Position numbers and translations under genes: made by a program. Shown piece by piece: positions 27,825-37,885 of a DNA stretch of 64,000 bases. Below the pieces are notes generated by a model. That model was not told the origin of the DNA, did not search any database, and was given only the letters and a program-made list of their open reading frames with translations. Where the stretch lies: NCBI GenBank assembly GCA_038227045.1, contig JBBRQD010000013.1, forward strand, positions 5,262 to 69,261, in the 5' to 3' direction. How positions within the stretch are numbered: position 1 is the first letter of the stretch; every line of letters begins with the position of its first letter. Origin of the DNA: Planctomycetota bacterium. Lineage in GTDB: Bacteria; Planctomycetota; SZUA-567; H5-PLA8.

Positions 27825-30800
27825 TTAAATATGCGCGTTCTGCGCAGTCGGCGCATCGGTCTTGGATCGATTGCTCGTCGGGACCGGCGCGCGGCCCGTA
27901 CCGAAGCGCTTGTACCACCAGATCATCAGCGGGCTGGCGATGAAGATCGAGCTGTACGTTCCGACCAGGAACCCGACCAGCAGTGTAAACGCCATGTCCT
28001 TGATCGTCGGTCCGCCGAAGATCAGCAGGCTGACCACCGACAACAACACGGTCAAGCTCGTCAGAATCGTCCGGCTCAGCGTGGCATTGATCGCTTCGTT
28101 GACGATGTCTTCGTAGCTGCGAGTTGGATGCGCCGCTTTCACTTCGCGGATACGGTCGAAGACGACGATCGTATCGTTGACCGAGAAGCCTGTAATCGTC
28201 AGCAATGCGGCGACGATGTTCAAGTTGATCAGGATTGGGAATCCGCAGATGTGCGCGACGATCACCGCGCCAGCCGCGATAACCACATCGTGAATCAGAG
28301 CCACGATCGCGCCGAAGCCCCATGCGCCCGAGAACTCGAAGCGGAACCACAGGTACACGAAGACCGCCAGATTCGCGACCAGCAGCGCCGCCAGCGACAT
28401 CAGCCCCGTTTCCTTGGCCACTTGAGCGCCGAAGGCATTCGTGCGGCTGATCGGTCCGCCGACGCGCGCTTCGCCGAGATCCGCCAGTTCCAGCACCTGC
28501 TTCACGCGCTGCACGCGCAGCGTTTCTTCAGGCGTCGGTTTCTCTTTATTGGCCGGAGTATAGCCCGCAATTTCGGCCTGTGTGTAATCGTCTTTTGCCG
28601 CCGCGGAAACGACGGTGAGCTTCAGCAACTCAGCTTTGATGTCGCCATTTTCCGGCTCCTGAGCCGCCTTTTTCATCGCGCTTTCCAGCGCATTGGCAAC
28701 GGCTTCCTTGGAGAGGTCGGCCTTCTTCAGCCGCAGCGTCATCGTCTTTTCGTTCAACTGCACGGCCTCGGGTTCGAGTTCTTCGCCGTACACTTTGCGC
28801 AGCACGTTGGCCAATTCGCCGGTGATTAGATTGCTGACGATGCGCGTGGTCAGCGTGAACTGACGGAATTTTCCGTTTTCCGTCGCTTCGGGCTTTCCGA
28901 ACGACTGTGAGGTCAACTCGTCGCCGCTCTTGAGCAGCTTGAGTTTCTCTTCTAAATCGGCGATTGATTCGGCCAGTCCGCCCTTGCGCACCGACGCGTC
29001 CTTCGCGATCACTTCGCCGTTCTGTGGGATCACTCTGACCAGTTCGGCATGGAGTTCATGATCGAACTTGGTCTGGAGCTTCTTCGCCAGTTCGGCGTCG
29101 TTTTTCGCAGCCTCCATCTCCTTGGCGTAGTCTTTGTTTTCGGTTTTTACTCTTGTTTCCACGGCCACCTGCGCGTCCTTAAGCGTCTTGACAAGCTGTT
29201 CGACGCTCGTGGCCAATGCCGGTGAGACCTTCTCTTTGACTTCCTTCTTCACGTCGGCGTCAGTCCGTGCCTTGCCTTTGGCGAAGTTGAATTGAATCAG
29301 CGTGCCGCCGGTGAAATCCACGTCGTAAATGTCTTTCGACGTGGAGGTATGGTAGACGAACAGGACGAATGAAATCGCCGCGGCTCCGCCGGTGAGCGTC
29401 ATCCACAAGCGGCGGTTGCCCATGAAATCGATATGCGTTTCTTTAAAGAACTGCATCATGTTGAACCCGCCGACGGCTTCACGGTTGACCAGCCATTCGG
29501 TCAGAATCCAGTTCAGCCACAGATTGCAGAACAGCGTCGTCAGGATACCCATCGACAGCGAGACCGCGAAACCGCGCACGGGGCCGGTGCCGAGGTAGTA
29601 CAGCACGATCGACGAAATCAGCGTGGTCATGTGACAATCGATGATCGTCAGGAAGGCGCGTTCGAAACCGTGCGAGACGGCCTGCTTCAACGAGCGGCCG
29701 CGCGCGAGTTCTTCACGCAAACGTTCTATGATAAGCACGTTGGCGTCCACGGCCATACCGAGCGTCAGCACGATGCCGGCGATGCCGGGCAGCGTCAGCG
29801 TGGCTTTGAAGAAGCCCATCATGCCCAGCAACATCGGCAAATTCAGCAACATACACAGCGCCGCGATTGCGCCCGACAGGCGATAGTACAGCAGCATGAA
29901 CAGAATCACGACGACGGTTGCAATCACCGTAGCCAGTACGCCGCTCTGCACCTGCTCAGCACCCAGGCTCGGCCCGACGAAGAAGGTCGTGTCTTCAATG
30001 ACCTCGGCCGGCAACGAACCTTGAGTCAGCACGTTGGCGAGCTGCTCGGCTTCCTCTTTGTTGAAGTTGCCGGTGATTTGACAGACGTTCGAAATTTCGC
30101 TCTGAATGACGGGCGCGGACTTGGCCACGTTGTCGAGTACGATGGCCATGGGTTTTTTTAGATTCTGGCCGGTCAGGAAGGCGAAATCCGTGCTGCCCTG
30201 GGCGTCGAAGCGCACTTCGATTTCCCAGCGGCCATCCTGCGGATTCTGCTTCGCCAGCGCGACGACAATATGCGAGCCGTCCATTTCTTTATCTTGCACG
30301 CCGCGGTACGCGACGATCGTGTGCGAATCGAACTCCTGCTTGCGAATTTTCTTCGGCGTCTTGATGGTCATCTGCATGTAGGTGATGCCGTCCGGCGCCG
30401 AATAAATACGATTGTGATAGGCGTCTTCCGGAGCGTTCTTGGCGGCCTGAATGATGTCTTCTTTGTCGGTGCAGATTTGGAACGTCAGGCGGCCTTGCGT
30501 CTTGATCGCGGTCTTGATGCGTTCGACTTCCATCTGCGACGCGTGCGGCAACTGGATGCGCAGCCGTTCGCGATTGTTTCCGAACGTCGTCACGGGGATG
30601 CCTTTGGTGCCGTTGGGATCGACGCGGTGGCGCAACACTTCGGCCGCTTTGTCGGGCGCGGTTTCCTTGCTCTTCCGCAGGCTTTCCAACTGGTCCTGCA
30701 ACTGGCGGACTTTTTCGTCGAGTGTCGTGGCCGTATTCAGTTTCGAATTCGGATCCTGCCGCTTGGCCGCCGCTTCCGCCGTGCGGGCTTCGTCGGCTTT

Positions 30801-31268
30801 GCGCTTGGTGTCTTCGATGCGCTTCAGCGTCGATTCGATGTTGCGGTCGATCGCGTCGTATTTCAGGATGTAGATCAACTCGGTTCCACCCGCGAGATCG
30901 ATGCCCATCGGGTACTGATTGTCGCGCACGACGACCAGATTGCCTTTGTCGTCTTTGCGCATCTTGGTGGTCATGGTATTGGTCTTTTCGTCACGTTCCT
31001 TCACGGGCGCGTCGAGCAGGAAGACGAAATAAGCGCCCAGCATCGAGATGACCCACAATGCAAACACCAACCGTCCGGTATTGCGCTGAAAAAAGCGCCG
31101 CAGCGTGTTGAGCAGCAGGGCGAAGACGCCGACGATCGCGCCGAGACAAACCAGACCCTGCCAGGTTTTTCCCAACTCGAGCATGTCGTATGTTTCAAAC
31201 GAAAGAAAGCCGAAGACGGCAATCACGATGGCAATGATCGCCAACGCTTGCGGAATGAGCAATGACAT
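27825..31268 (-). CDS. secDF: SecD-SecF fusion protein-export membrane protein
   Basis: Two SecD/F 6-TM modules (GLDLxGG-like IDLAGGTELIY; SLGAEQV; TLPGIAGIVLTLGMAVDANVLI; second module ...TGFSVNDTIVVFDRIRE). ATG at 31268 preceded by AAGGAG. Confidence 0.9.
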   Translation of the reverse strand: MSLLIPQALAIIAIVIAVFGFLSFETYDMLELGKTWQGLVCLGAIVGVFALLLNTLRRFFQRNTGRLVFALWVISMLGAYFVFLLDAPVKERDEKTNTMTTKMRKDDKGNLVVVRDNQYPMGIDLAGGTELIYILKYDAIDRNIESTLKRIEDTKRKADEARTAEAAAKRQDPNSKLNTATTLDEKVRQLQDQLESLRKSKETAPDKAAEVLRHRVDPNGTKGIPVTTFGNNRERLRIQLPHASQMEVERIKTAIKTQGRLTFQICTDKEDIIQAAKNAPEDAYHNRIYSAPDGITYMQMTIKTPKKIRKQEFDSHTIVAYRGVQDKEMDGSHIVVALAKQNPQDGRWEIEVRFDAQGSTDFAFLTGQNLKKPMAIVLDNVAKSAPVIQSEISNVCQITGNFNKEEAEQLANVLTQGSLPAEVIEDTTFFVGPSLGAEQVQSGVLATVIATVVVILFMLLYYRLSGAIAALCMLLNLPMLLGMMGFFKATLTLPGIAGIVLTLGMAVDANVLIIERLREELARGRSLKQAVSHGFERAFLTIIDCHMTTLISSIVLYYLGTGPVRGFAVSLSMGILTTLFCNLWLNWILTEWLVNREAVGGFNMMQFFKETHIDFMGNRRLWMTLTGGAAAISFVLFVYHTSTSKDIYDVDFTGGTLIQFNFAKGKARTDADVKKEVKEKVSPALATSVEQLVKTLKDAQVAVETRVKTENKDYAKEMEAAKNDAELAKKLQTKFDHELHAELVRVIPQNGEVIAKDASVRKGGLAESIADLEEKLKLLKSGDELTSQSFGKPEATENGKFRQFTLTTRIVSNLITGELANVLRKVYGEELEPEAVQLNEKTMTLRLKKADLSKEAVANALESAMKKAAQEPENGDIKAELLKLTVVSAAAKDDYTQAEIAGYTPANKEKPTPEETLRVQRVKQVLELADLGEARVGGPISRTNAFGAQVAKETGLMSLAALLVANLAVFVYLWFRFEFSGAWGFGAIVALIHDVVIAAGAVIVAHICGFPILINLNIVAALLTITGFSVNDTIVVFDRIREVKAAHPTRSYEDIVNEAINATLSRTILTSLTVLLSVVSLLIFGGPTIKDMAFTLLVGFLVGTYSSIFIASPLMIWWYKRFGTGRAPVPTSNRSKTDAPTAQNAHI

Positions 31269-31377
31269 GGAAATGAACTCCTTGAATGTGCACGAAAAAA
31301 TAGATGAATTAGCAGAGCCGAAATCCGTTCGGCTCACTGAAGATCGAATCTTAAAACAAGCCGAATAGAATTCGGCT

Positions 31378-31848
31378 CTACGATGGCAGCGTCGGCGGGC
31401 CGCGAACTGGAGGAGAGATGAAATTGAACGTTTCTGGCAAGTGACTGTTGAACACGGGACGGGCGATTTCTTCGGATTCGATCCATGCGGAAACGCGTGC
31501 GGAAACGGGCGCGCCGCTCAAATCGAAGTGAATCGATTGCGCGGATTCCAGCGTTTCGGGCACGGCGTTGAGCAGCCGTTCGGTTGTTTTGTTTTCGCTC
31601 TTCGAATTTTGCTTTGCGCCAGTCTTCGAAACTGAATTCGCGCGTTGCCGGGCATTGATAAAATTGCAATCGCAAGTCAGTACGATCCGAAACGAACTCT
31701 CCGCGCCCGCTTTGCCAGTTTCGCTGACTTCAATCAACCGCAGCGTCTGCGAAAACGGACCCCATGACGCAGCCAAAATGATGCCCAGCGCTGCAGTGAG
31801 GCGCGCGCCGAGGCGGCGATTGAGTGGGGTGGGGTTGGATGGGTTCAT
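31378..31848 (-). CDS. hypothetical secreted protein inside the yajC-secDF operon
   Basis: N-terminal RRLGARLTAALGIILAASW signal-like segment. No SD seen. Confidence 0.4.
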   Translation of the reverse strand: MNPSNPTPLNRRLGARLTAALGIILAASWGPFSQTLRLIEVSETGKAGAESSFRIVLTCDCNFINARQRANSVSKTGAKQNSKSENKTTERLLNAVPETLESAQSIHFDLSGAPVSARVSAWIESEEIARPVFNSHLPETFNFISPPVRGPPTLPS

Positions 31849-31868
31849 GACTTGTTCTAAATACGGAA

Positions 31869-32306
31869 CTATTTCTTGTCCTTCTCTTCCGGGTTGACTA
31901 CTCCGCCGATCGCGTCCTTGCGGACTTTAATGCGGACGTCTTTCTTTGGATCGATGATCAGCGTGACTTCTTCGCCGTCGATATCCGCGACGGTGCCGTA
32001 AATGCCAATCGCCGCGAGCACGACTTTGTCGTTTTTCTTGATCGCCGAGAGCACCGCCAATTGCTCTTCGCGGCGCTTCTTTTCGGGACGGATCATCAGG
32101 AAATAGAAAATGATGATCATGGGCAAAACCATCATCACCGTGCCTTGAAGATCGAATCCCTGCTGCGGCAGTGGTGTGGTTTTGTTCGTGCTTATGGGGA
32201 CGCCGACTGTCTCAGTCGTCTTTGAATCGCTGGGCTTGCCTTGGGTGATCACGGGAGTGTCCGACCCCGGTGTCGCAGGGGCCGATTCTTTCTTTTCTTC
32301 AGCCAT
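31869..32306 (-). CDS. yajC: preprotein translocase subunit YajC with extended N-terminus
   Basis: MIIIFYFLMIRPEKKRREE...KKNDKVVLAAIGIYGTV. Start overlaps the tgt stop by 1 nt. Confidence 0.85.
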   Translation of the reverse strand: MAEEKKESAPATPGSDTPVITQGKPSDSKTTETVGVPISTNKTTPLPQQGFDLQGTVMMVLPMIIIFYFLMIRPEKKRREEQLAVLSAIKKNDKVVLAAIGIYGTVADIDGEEVTLIIDPKKDVRIKVRKDAIGGVVNPEEKDKK

Positions 32307-33430
32307 TACTCGTCGCCTGCTCCCGAATTCCAGCGTGCCAGAAAGTCCTTCGAATACGTTTCAAAACGCTTCAGCAAAATGGCCTCCCGAATCTCTTTCA
32401 TGAGATTCAGGTAAAATGCCAAGTTGTGAAGGCTGATCAAGATAGCCGCATTCATCTCGCGGGCAAGCAATAAATGACGCAAAAATGCGCGACTGAAACC
32501 ATTGCACGTGTAACAGCCGCAATGCGGGTCGAGCGGTTTGTCGCTGCGCGTGTGCTGCGCGTTTTTGATGCGCACTTTTCCCTGTGACGTAAAAGCCAGC
32601 CCGTTGCGTCCATTGCGCGTCGGCAGCGTGCAGTCGAAGAGATCGATGCCGTGCGCCACGGCCAGCAGACTATCGACCGGAGTGCCCATGCCCATCAAGT
32701 AGCGCGGCCGGTCAGCCGGCATTTTGGGCGCGGTGAACATGATTCCGCGATGCGTGTCCTCAATCGCTTCGCCGACGCAGAATCCGCCCAGCGCCATTCC
32801 GGGAAACGGAATCGCAGCCGTCGCCTCGAGCGAGCGTTGGCGCTCTTTTTCGTCGAAGCCGCCCTGCACGATGCCGAAGAAGTTGACGTCGGTTCGCCCG
32901 GACGCCTGCGCGTGCTTAAACGAACGTTCAGCCCAGCGAACGCTACGGTCAACGGCGCTCGAAAGTTCGAGCGGCGTGCACGGATACGGCGGGCATTCGT
33001 CGAGAACCATCGCCATGTCAGGCGCGAGCGCCAGTTCGATGTCCACGACCGATTCGGGCGAAAACAGCCGCACCGTGCCATCGACGGCGCTGGCAAAGAG
33101 CGCGCCGTCTTCGTTGATCTTGCGCAGCCCCGGCAGCGAGAAAATCTGGTAGCCGCCGGAGTCGGTGAGAATCGGCCGGTCCCAGCCGGTGAATTTGTGC
33201 AGGCCGCCAAGACTCTTGACAATCTCTTCGCCCGGCCGCCACGCGAGATGAAACGCATTCATCAGCATGACCTGAGCGCCGCAATCGAGAATCTGCTGAG
33301 GCGTGACGCCCTTGGGCGCGCCGAGCGTGCCGACCGTCATGAAATTGGGAGTGTCAATGATGCCGTGATCGGTTGCGAGCGTTCCGGAACGAGCAAGGCC
33401 GTCGCGATGAGATATGGAGAGTTTGAGCAT
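32306..33430 (-). CDS. tgt: queuine tRNA-ribosyltransferase
   Basis: LTDSGGYQ, GFCVGE, zinc site CGCYTC...H. Confidence 0.9.
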   Translation of the reverse strand: MLKLSISHRDGLARSGTLATDHGIIDTPNFMTVGTLGAPKGVTPQQILDCGAQVMLMNAFHLAWRPGEEIVKSLGGLHKFTGWDRPILTDSGGYQIFSLPGLRKINEDGALFASAVDGTVRLFSPESVVDIELALAPDMAMVLDECPPYPCTPLELSSAVDRSVRWAERSFKHAQASGRTDVNFFGIVQGGFDEKERQRSLEATAAIPFPGMALGGFCVGEAIEDTHRGIMFTAPKMPADRPRYLMGMGTPVDSLLAVAHGIDLFDCTLPTRNGRNGLAFTSQGKVRIKNAQHTRSDKPLDPHCGCYTCNGFSRAFLRHLLLAREMNAAILISLHNLAFYLNLMKEIREAILLKRFETYSKDFLARWNSGAGDE

Positions 33431-33502
33431 GAAGTTGTTTTACGGCGGCCAACTACTCCTTCCAATTTGAGACGTCCAGCCCACGAACTTCAAGTGGGCC
33501 GC

Positions 33503-34072
33503 TTACACCGTCATCACTTCCTGCGATTTCCGCTCGAACGACGAATCCAATTGACCTTCGTACTGCTTGGTCAAGTCGTTGACGCCGTGCTCCGCTTTCT
33601 TCACGTCGTCTTCGCTGTGCCCCGCGCCCTTCTCCATCGCCTTCAGCGCTTTTTGGCCTTCGTGGCGGATGTTGCGGATGGTAACTTTGTGCTGCTCGAG
33701 GCGCTCTTTGATCTGCTTGACCTGCCGCTTGCGGTTCTCTTCCGACATCGGTGGAAAACCCACGCGGATGATCTTGCCGTCGTTGTTGATCGACAGGCCC
33801 AGATTCGCGGCGCTGAAACCCTTTTCAATATCCTTGATTGTCTTGGGGTCGAACGGCTTGACTGTCAACATGCGCGCGTCCGCTTTGGCGATGACGGCGA
33901 GGCTCTTGAGCGGCGCGGGTTCGCCGCCGTACGCAGCGACTTCGATGTGTACGTGTTCGATGGCCTCAATGCTCGCCTGTCCCGAGCGGACCGTTTTCAG
34001 GTACGCATCGAAATCCGCGGTGCTCTTGCTCATGCGGTCTTCGGTGTCCAGCAGAATGTCGTCAATATCCAT
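33503..34072 (-). CDS. frr: ribosome recycling factor
   Basis: 189 aa. LKTVRSGQASIEAIEHVHIE...ENRKRQVKQIKE pattern. Confidence 0.9.
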   Translation of the reverse strand: MDIDDILLDTEDRMSKSTADFDAYLKTVRSGQASIEAIEHVHIEVAAYGGEPAPLKSLAVIAKADARMLTVKPFDPKTIKDIEKGFSAANLGLSINNDGKIIRVGFPPMSEENRKRQVKQIKERLEQHKVTIRNIRHEGQKALKAMEKGAGHSEDDVKKAEHGVNDLTKQYEGQLDSSFERKSQEVMTV

Positions 34073-34165
34073 GGTGGTGCGTGCTCCTTCGATTTACCTA
34101 TTGGCATTATAAAGCCAAGCGCGATTCGCGGTATGATAGAATTCCCGTTCTCGCAGTCTCTTTTT

Positions 34166-34280
34166 TTCTCTCGCAAAGACGCAAAGGCGCAAAGAACGGC
34201 AAGAGAGATGAGGAAAATCCCTTGTTACACTCCCTTATTTGAATGGCTGTTCTTTGCGTCTTTGCGCCTTTGCGAGAGAA
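34166..34280. repeat. 32-bp-arm inverted repeat (CGCAAAG octamer repeats) between pyrH and frr
   Basis: 34166-34197 pairs with 34249-34280 with one mismatch and one wobble. Loop is about 51 nt. Confidence 0.85.
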
Positions 34281-34285
34281 TCAAA

Positions 34286-35002
34286 CTACCCCTCTGCGCA
34301 AACGATCGTTCCAATATTTTCCTTCATAACCGCCTTGCGGATGTTGCCGGATTCTTTCAGGCTGAACACGAGAATCGGCAGATTGTTGTCCATGCACAGT
34401 GAAATGGCCGTCGTGTCCATCACGTTCAGGCGGTCCTGCAGCACTTTCATGTAGGACAGCTTGTCATACTTGCGCGCGTTCGGATTTTTATTTGGATCCG
34501 AATCGAAGACGCCCGAAACCTTGGTGGCTTTCATCAGGATTTCGGCGCGCAGTTCCATCGCGCGCAGCGCGGCAGTGGTGTCCGTGGTGAAATACGGATT
34601 GCCCGTGCCGCCGGCGAGGATCACGATGCGCTTGAGTTCCAGATGACGCAGCGCTTTGCGGCGAATGTACGGTTCGCAAACTTCCTCAGCCTTGATCGCC
34701 GACATCACGCGCGTCTCGGCGCCCATGCTTTCGAGCGCGTCCTGCAATGCGAGCGCGTTGATCACTGTCGCCAACATGCCCATGTAATCGGCGGTAGCGC
34801 GATGCAGCAGCCCGGATTGCTGCGCGGCTTTTTCGCCGCGCATGATATTTCCGCCGCCGATCACAACCGCGATTTCGACGCCCAACTTGCCGACCTCGAT
34901 CACCTGTTCGCAGATGCTGGCCAATGCCGGCGTGTCGAGCCCCTTGCCGGCTTCGCCGCCAAGCATTTCACCGGAGAGTTTCAGGATGATGCGTTTGTAC
35001 AT
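34286..35002 (-). CDS. pyrH: UMP kinase
   Basis: MYKRIILKLSGE..., VIGGGNIMRG, GTGNPYFTTDT. Confidence 0.9.
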   Translation of the reverse strand: MYKRIILKLSGEMLGGEAGKGLDTPALASICEQVIEVGKLGVEIAVVIGGGNIMRGEKAAQQSGLLHRATADYMGMLATVINALALQDALESMGAETRVMSAIKAEEVCEPYIRRKALRHLELKRIVILAGGTGNPYFTTDTTAALRAMELRAEILMKATKVSGVFDSDPNKNPNARKYDKLSYMKVLQDRLNVMDTTAISLCMDNNLPILVFSLKESGNIRKAVMKENIGTIVCAEG

Positions 35003-35046
35003 GCGCGCTGTTTCCTTTCCGGGGAAGTGGTTTGTCGAAGCTGAAG

Positions 35047-35094
35047 TTGTGGTGCGGGCATCTTGCCTGCGCAGGCTGGAAACCCGCACCACAA
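35047..35094. repeat. 12-bp perfect-stem hairpin between tsf and pyrH
   Basis: TTGTGGTGCGGG ... CCCGCACCACAA enclosing the palindrome GCCTGCGCAGGC. Confidence 0.8.
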
Positions 35095-35097
35095 TAT

Positions 35098-35964
35098 TTA
35101 AATCACGCCGACTTCAAACCGCGTGAACCGCTTCACCGTCGCGCCGCTTTCGGCCAGCACTTTCGCGACCGTCTTGCTGCCGTCCTTGTAGTATTCCTGG
35201 TCGGGCAGCACGAGCGTCGAGTAAAACTTGTTCACTTGTCCCGCGACGATTTTCTCCAGAATTGCGGCCGGCTTGCCTGCGTTCTTCGGATCGGTCTTCA
35301 GCTTGTCCATCGCGATGTCCATCTCTCTTTTCAGCAAGTCCTGTGAGACTTCTTCGCGTGTCAGGCAACTGGGCTTGGCGAAGACGATATGCATGGAAAT
35401 ATCCTTGCCCACCGCAACCGCTTTTTCGCCGGTGACGCCCGCCAACTCCACGACTGCGCCTTGCTTGTTGTCGTGATGAATATAGAAGCCGATGTCGCCG
35501 TGGTAATGGACGACGCGCTTGATCGCAATGTTCTCACCGATTTTGCCGGCCAGAGTTTTCACCGCGTCCGACACGCTGATGCCATGAAGCGTCAGCGCAT
35601 TGAGCTTCTCGACGCTGTCGAGCTTGCCCTTGTCCGCCAGTTCGACCAATTCGCCGAGCAGTTTCGTGAACTCGGCATTCTTCGCCGAAAAATCAGTGCT
35701 CGCCGTCATCTCGACGACGGTAAGTGTTCTGCCATCGCTGGAGACTTTGTGTCCCAGCAAGCCTTCGGTCGCGGCCTTTTCAGCCATCGCGCTGCCTTTG
35801 TCGAGGCCCTTCTTGCGCAGCCAGGCTTCGGCCGATTCGATCCAGGCGGCTTCGCCTTTTCCGCCGTCCGCCAATGTTTCGGTGAGGGCTTTTTTGCAAT
35901 CCATCAAGCGCTGCCCAGTCTTTTCGCGCAGTTTGCCAACGATTTGTGCGGTGATTTCTGCCAT
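35098..35964 (-). CDS. tsf: translation elongation factor Ts
   Basis: MAEITAQIVGKLREKTGQRLMDCKKAL. The upstream 42 codons of the ORF track lie in a repeat and are discounted. Confidence 0.9.
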   Translation of the reverse strand: MAEITAQIVGKLREKTGQRLMDCKKALTETLADGGKGEAAWIESAEAWLRKKGLDKGSAMAEKAATEGLLGHKVSSDGRTLTVVEMTASTDFSAKNAEFTKLLGELVELADKGKLDSVEKLNALTLHGISVSDAVKTLAGKIGENIAIKRVVHYHGDIGFYIHHDNKQGAVVELAGVTGEKAVAVGKDISMHIVFAKPSCLTREEVSQDLLKREMDIAMDKLKTDPKNAGKPAAILEKIVAGQVNKFYSTLVLPDQEYYKDGSKTVAKVLAESGATVKRFTRFEVGVI

Positions 35965-36013
35965 GATATTCGTTCTCCTTGCTCTATTAAAATTCGAATT
36001 CAATTCGATGTAA

Positions 36014-36454
36014 TCAGGTGCCACGATTCGGTTCCCCTCTCCCCAGCGGGGGAGAGGGGTTAGGGGTGAGGGGGAAAGTCTGCCGCTCACGAAATGTGTT
36101 AAAAATCAGCTCCAACACGCCGTCGAGATTCGTAAATATCTCAATATCCCAGACGCGTATAACTTTGATACCTTCGCTCGCGAAACACACGTCTCTGCGA
36201 GCGTCGTTGCGTTCTCTGCCGGCGTGCGAATCGCCATCCAACTCAAGGATGATCTTTGCGTCCGCGCAGTAATAGTCCGCGATGTATTTTCCGACCGGTT
36301 GTTGACGCCGGAATTTAATTCCGGCGTATCGTCGCCCGCGCAATCTCGCCCACAGCATTTTCTCGGAGGGCGTCAAGCGTTTTCGAAGTGCTCTTGCTTT
36401 TTCGATCTTCGTCAGCGGGATTGCAGCTATTTCGGGAGTTGCTGGTGAATTCAT
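36014..36454 (-). CDS. DUF559 (Vsr-like endonuclease fold) domain protein
   Basis: LRKRLTPSEKMLWARLRGRR...FRRQQPVGKYIADYYC...LELDGDSH pattern. The C-terminal ~20 aa are encoded by the flanking repeat. Confidence 0.75.
   Translation of the reverse strand: MNSPATPEIAAIPLTKIEKARALRKRLTPSEKMLWARLRGRRYAGIKFRRQQPVGKYIADYYCADAKIILELDGDSHAGRERNDARRDVCFASEGIKVIRVWDIEIFTNLDGVLELIFNTFRERQTFPLTPNPSPPLGRGEPNRGT
36031..36076. repeat. left inverted repeat flanking the DUF559 ORF
   Basis: GTTCCCCTCTCCCCAGCGGGGGAGAGGGGTTAGGGGTGAGGGGGAAAG matches the reverse complement of 36456-36502 at about 44 of 47 positions. Confidence 0.85.
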
Positions 36455-36455
36455 G

Positions 36456-36502
36456 CTTCCCCCTCACCCCTGACCCCTCTCCCTCGCTGGGGAGAGGGGA
36501 CC
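36456..36502. repeat. right inverted repeat flanking the DUF559 ORF
   Basis: CTTCCCCCTCACCCCTGACCCCTCTCCCTCGCTGGGGAGAGGGGACC ends 1 nt from the DUF559 ATG. Each copy also contains an internal CCCCTCTCCC/GGGAGAGGGG hairpin. Confidence 0.85.
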
Positions 36503-36520
36503 GGGATCCGAGACTTGATA

Positions 36521-37288
36521 TTATTTTTGCCCTTCGGCGTTGATGTCCACCTTTTTCACGTACTCCTGATGCTGCGCCTTGCGGGCCAGTTCCGGCGCGG
36601 ACTTGCGCAGGTTGGCGCCTTCGAGACAGCCGTCGGCAAGTTTCGATACCACGAGATCGATTGAGCGGATCGCGTCGTCGTTGGCCGGAATCGGCAGATC
36701 GATCAGCGTCGGATCGGCGTCGGTGTCCAGCATCGCGATCACCGGAATCGAGAGGCGGCGGGCTTCCATCACCGCGTTGCGTTCGACCGTCGGATCGATC
36801 ACGAAGAGCGCGCCCGGCAGGCCTTCCATCGCGCGGATGCCGTCCAGATTGCGCTTGATCTTGCGCTTTTCGCGGTTCAACGAGGACTGCATTTTTTTCG
36901 AGTGCGTGTTGATCGAGCCGTCGGCGTCCATGCCTTCGAGTTCGATCAGGCGCTGCACGCGCAAGCGGATTGTGGACAGATTCGTCAGCGTGCCGCCCAG
37001 CCAGCGTTCGGCGGCGTAGGGCTGCCCGCAGCGTTGCGCGTGCTGCGTGATCAATTCTTTCGCCTGGCGCTTGGTGCCGATGAAAAGCACCTGTTTGCCT
37101 TCGGAGACGATCTTCTTGCAGAAATGGTACGCCGCGATGACGCCGCGAACGGTTTCCTTCAAATTGATGATGTGAATCTTGTTGCGCTTGCCAAGAATGT
37201 ACGGCTCCATCTTGGGATTCCAACGCGACGTGCGGTGCCCGAAGTGGGCGCCGGTGAGCAGCAGATCTTTGGCATTGACAATGGCCAT
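36521..37288 (-). CDS. rpsB: 30S ribosomal protein S2
   Basis: [18 protein letters not shown]...GGTLTN pattern. Confidence 0.9.
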   Translation of the reverse strand: MAIVNAKDLLLTGAHFGHRTSRWNPKMEPYILGKRNKIHIINLKETVRGVIAAYHFCKKIVSEGKQVLFIGTKRQAKELITQHAQRCGQPYAAERWLGGTLTNLSTIRLRVQRLIELEGMDADGSINTHSKKMQSSLNREKRKIKRNLDGIRAMEGLPGALFVIDPTVERNAVMEARRLSIPVIAMLDTDADPTLIDLPIPANDDAIRSIDLVVSKLADGCLEGANLRKSAPELARKAQHQEYVKKVDINAEGQK

Positions 37289-37537
37289 CGTAAAACAATT
37301 CTTTCCGGAGCGTCTATGCGCTCCATTACCGAGCCGCGAGCCGATTTCAGATCACCTTTACTATAGGCAATCAGGCGCTGTTGAACCACAGCAGCCGTTC
37401 AAACCGACGCCGCGAATGGCGGCGATCCAAGTATTCATGCGGCTTTCAAGTCTCTGGCAACAAAACAGCCGCGAACGTTTTGAGCCGTAGCACTATACGG
37501 ACGAGGGGAGGGGATGTCGAGTGAAATTGGGAAAGAA

Positions 37538-37864
37538 TCAGGGCGATTTTACATCATCCCAGAACTCCTCCGTATAATCGCTAAACAAACCGCTATAAAC
37601 GCTCCCGCACTTTACATATCCGGATCGAACACTTCCATCTTGGCGGCGTACGCGAACCCGAAAGATATGCTGCAATTTGCTGGTTCCTTGGCGAAATGGA
37701 TTGTCCAAAGACGCGTCGTCGGACATCAGCAGGACGAGTCCGCGCTTTTGTGCCCATTGTTTCACGCGTTTTTCAGGGAGCACAAGCATGACATACAGCC
37801 CGTAAATTGTCACGACAATCATTCCAACACCACATAGAGCCACGACAATCAGTTGGGTTGTCAT
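37538..37864 (-). CDS. small hypothetical membrane-anchored protein
   Basis: N-terminal TM LIVVALCGVGMIVVTIYGLYVMLV. GAGG upstream of the ATG. Confidence 0.5.
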   Translation of the reverse strand: MTTQLIVVALCGVGMIVVTIYGLYVMLVLPEKRVKQWAQKRGLVLLMSDDASLDNPFRQGTSKLQHIFRVRVRRQDGSVRSGYVKCGSVYSGLFSDYTEEFWDDVKSP

Positions 37865-37885
37865 AGTCGAACCTCAAGCAGAGCC

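Noticed and set aside
36315-37298. 327-aa minus-strand ORF overlapping rpsB and the DUF559 flank
   Set aside because: It is an alternative frame of rpsB with an Arg/Gly/Asp-rich nonsense product. The S2 frame is unambiguous.
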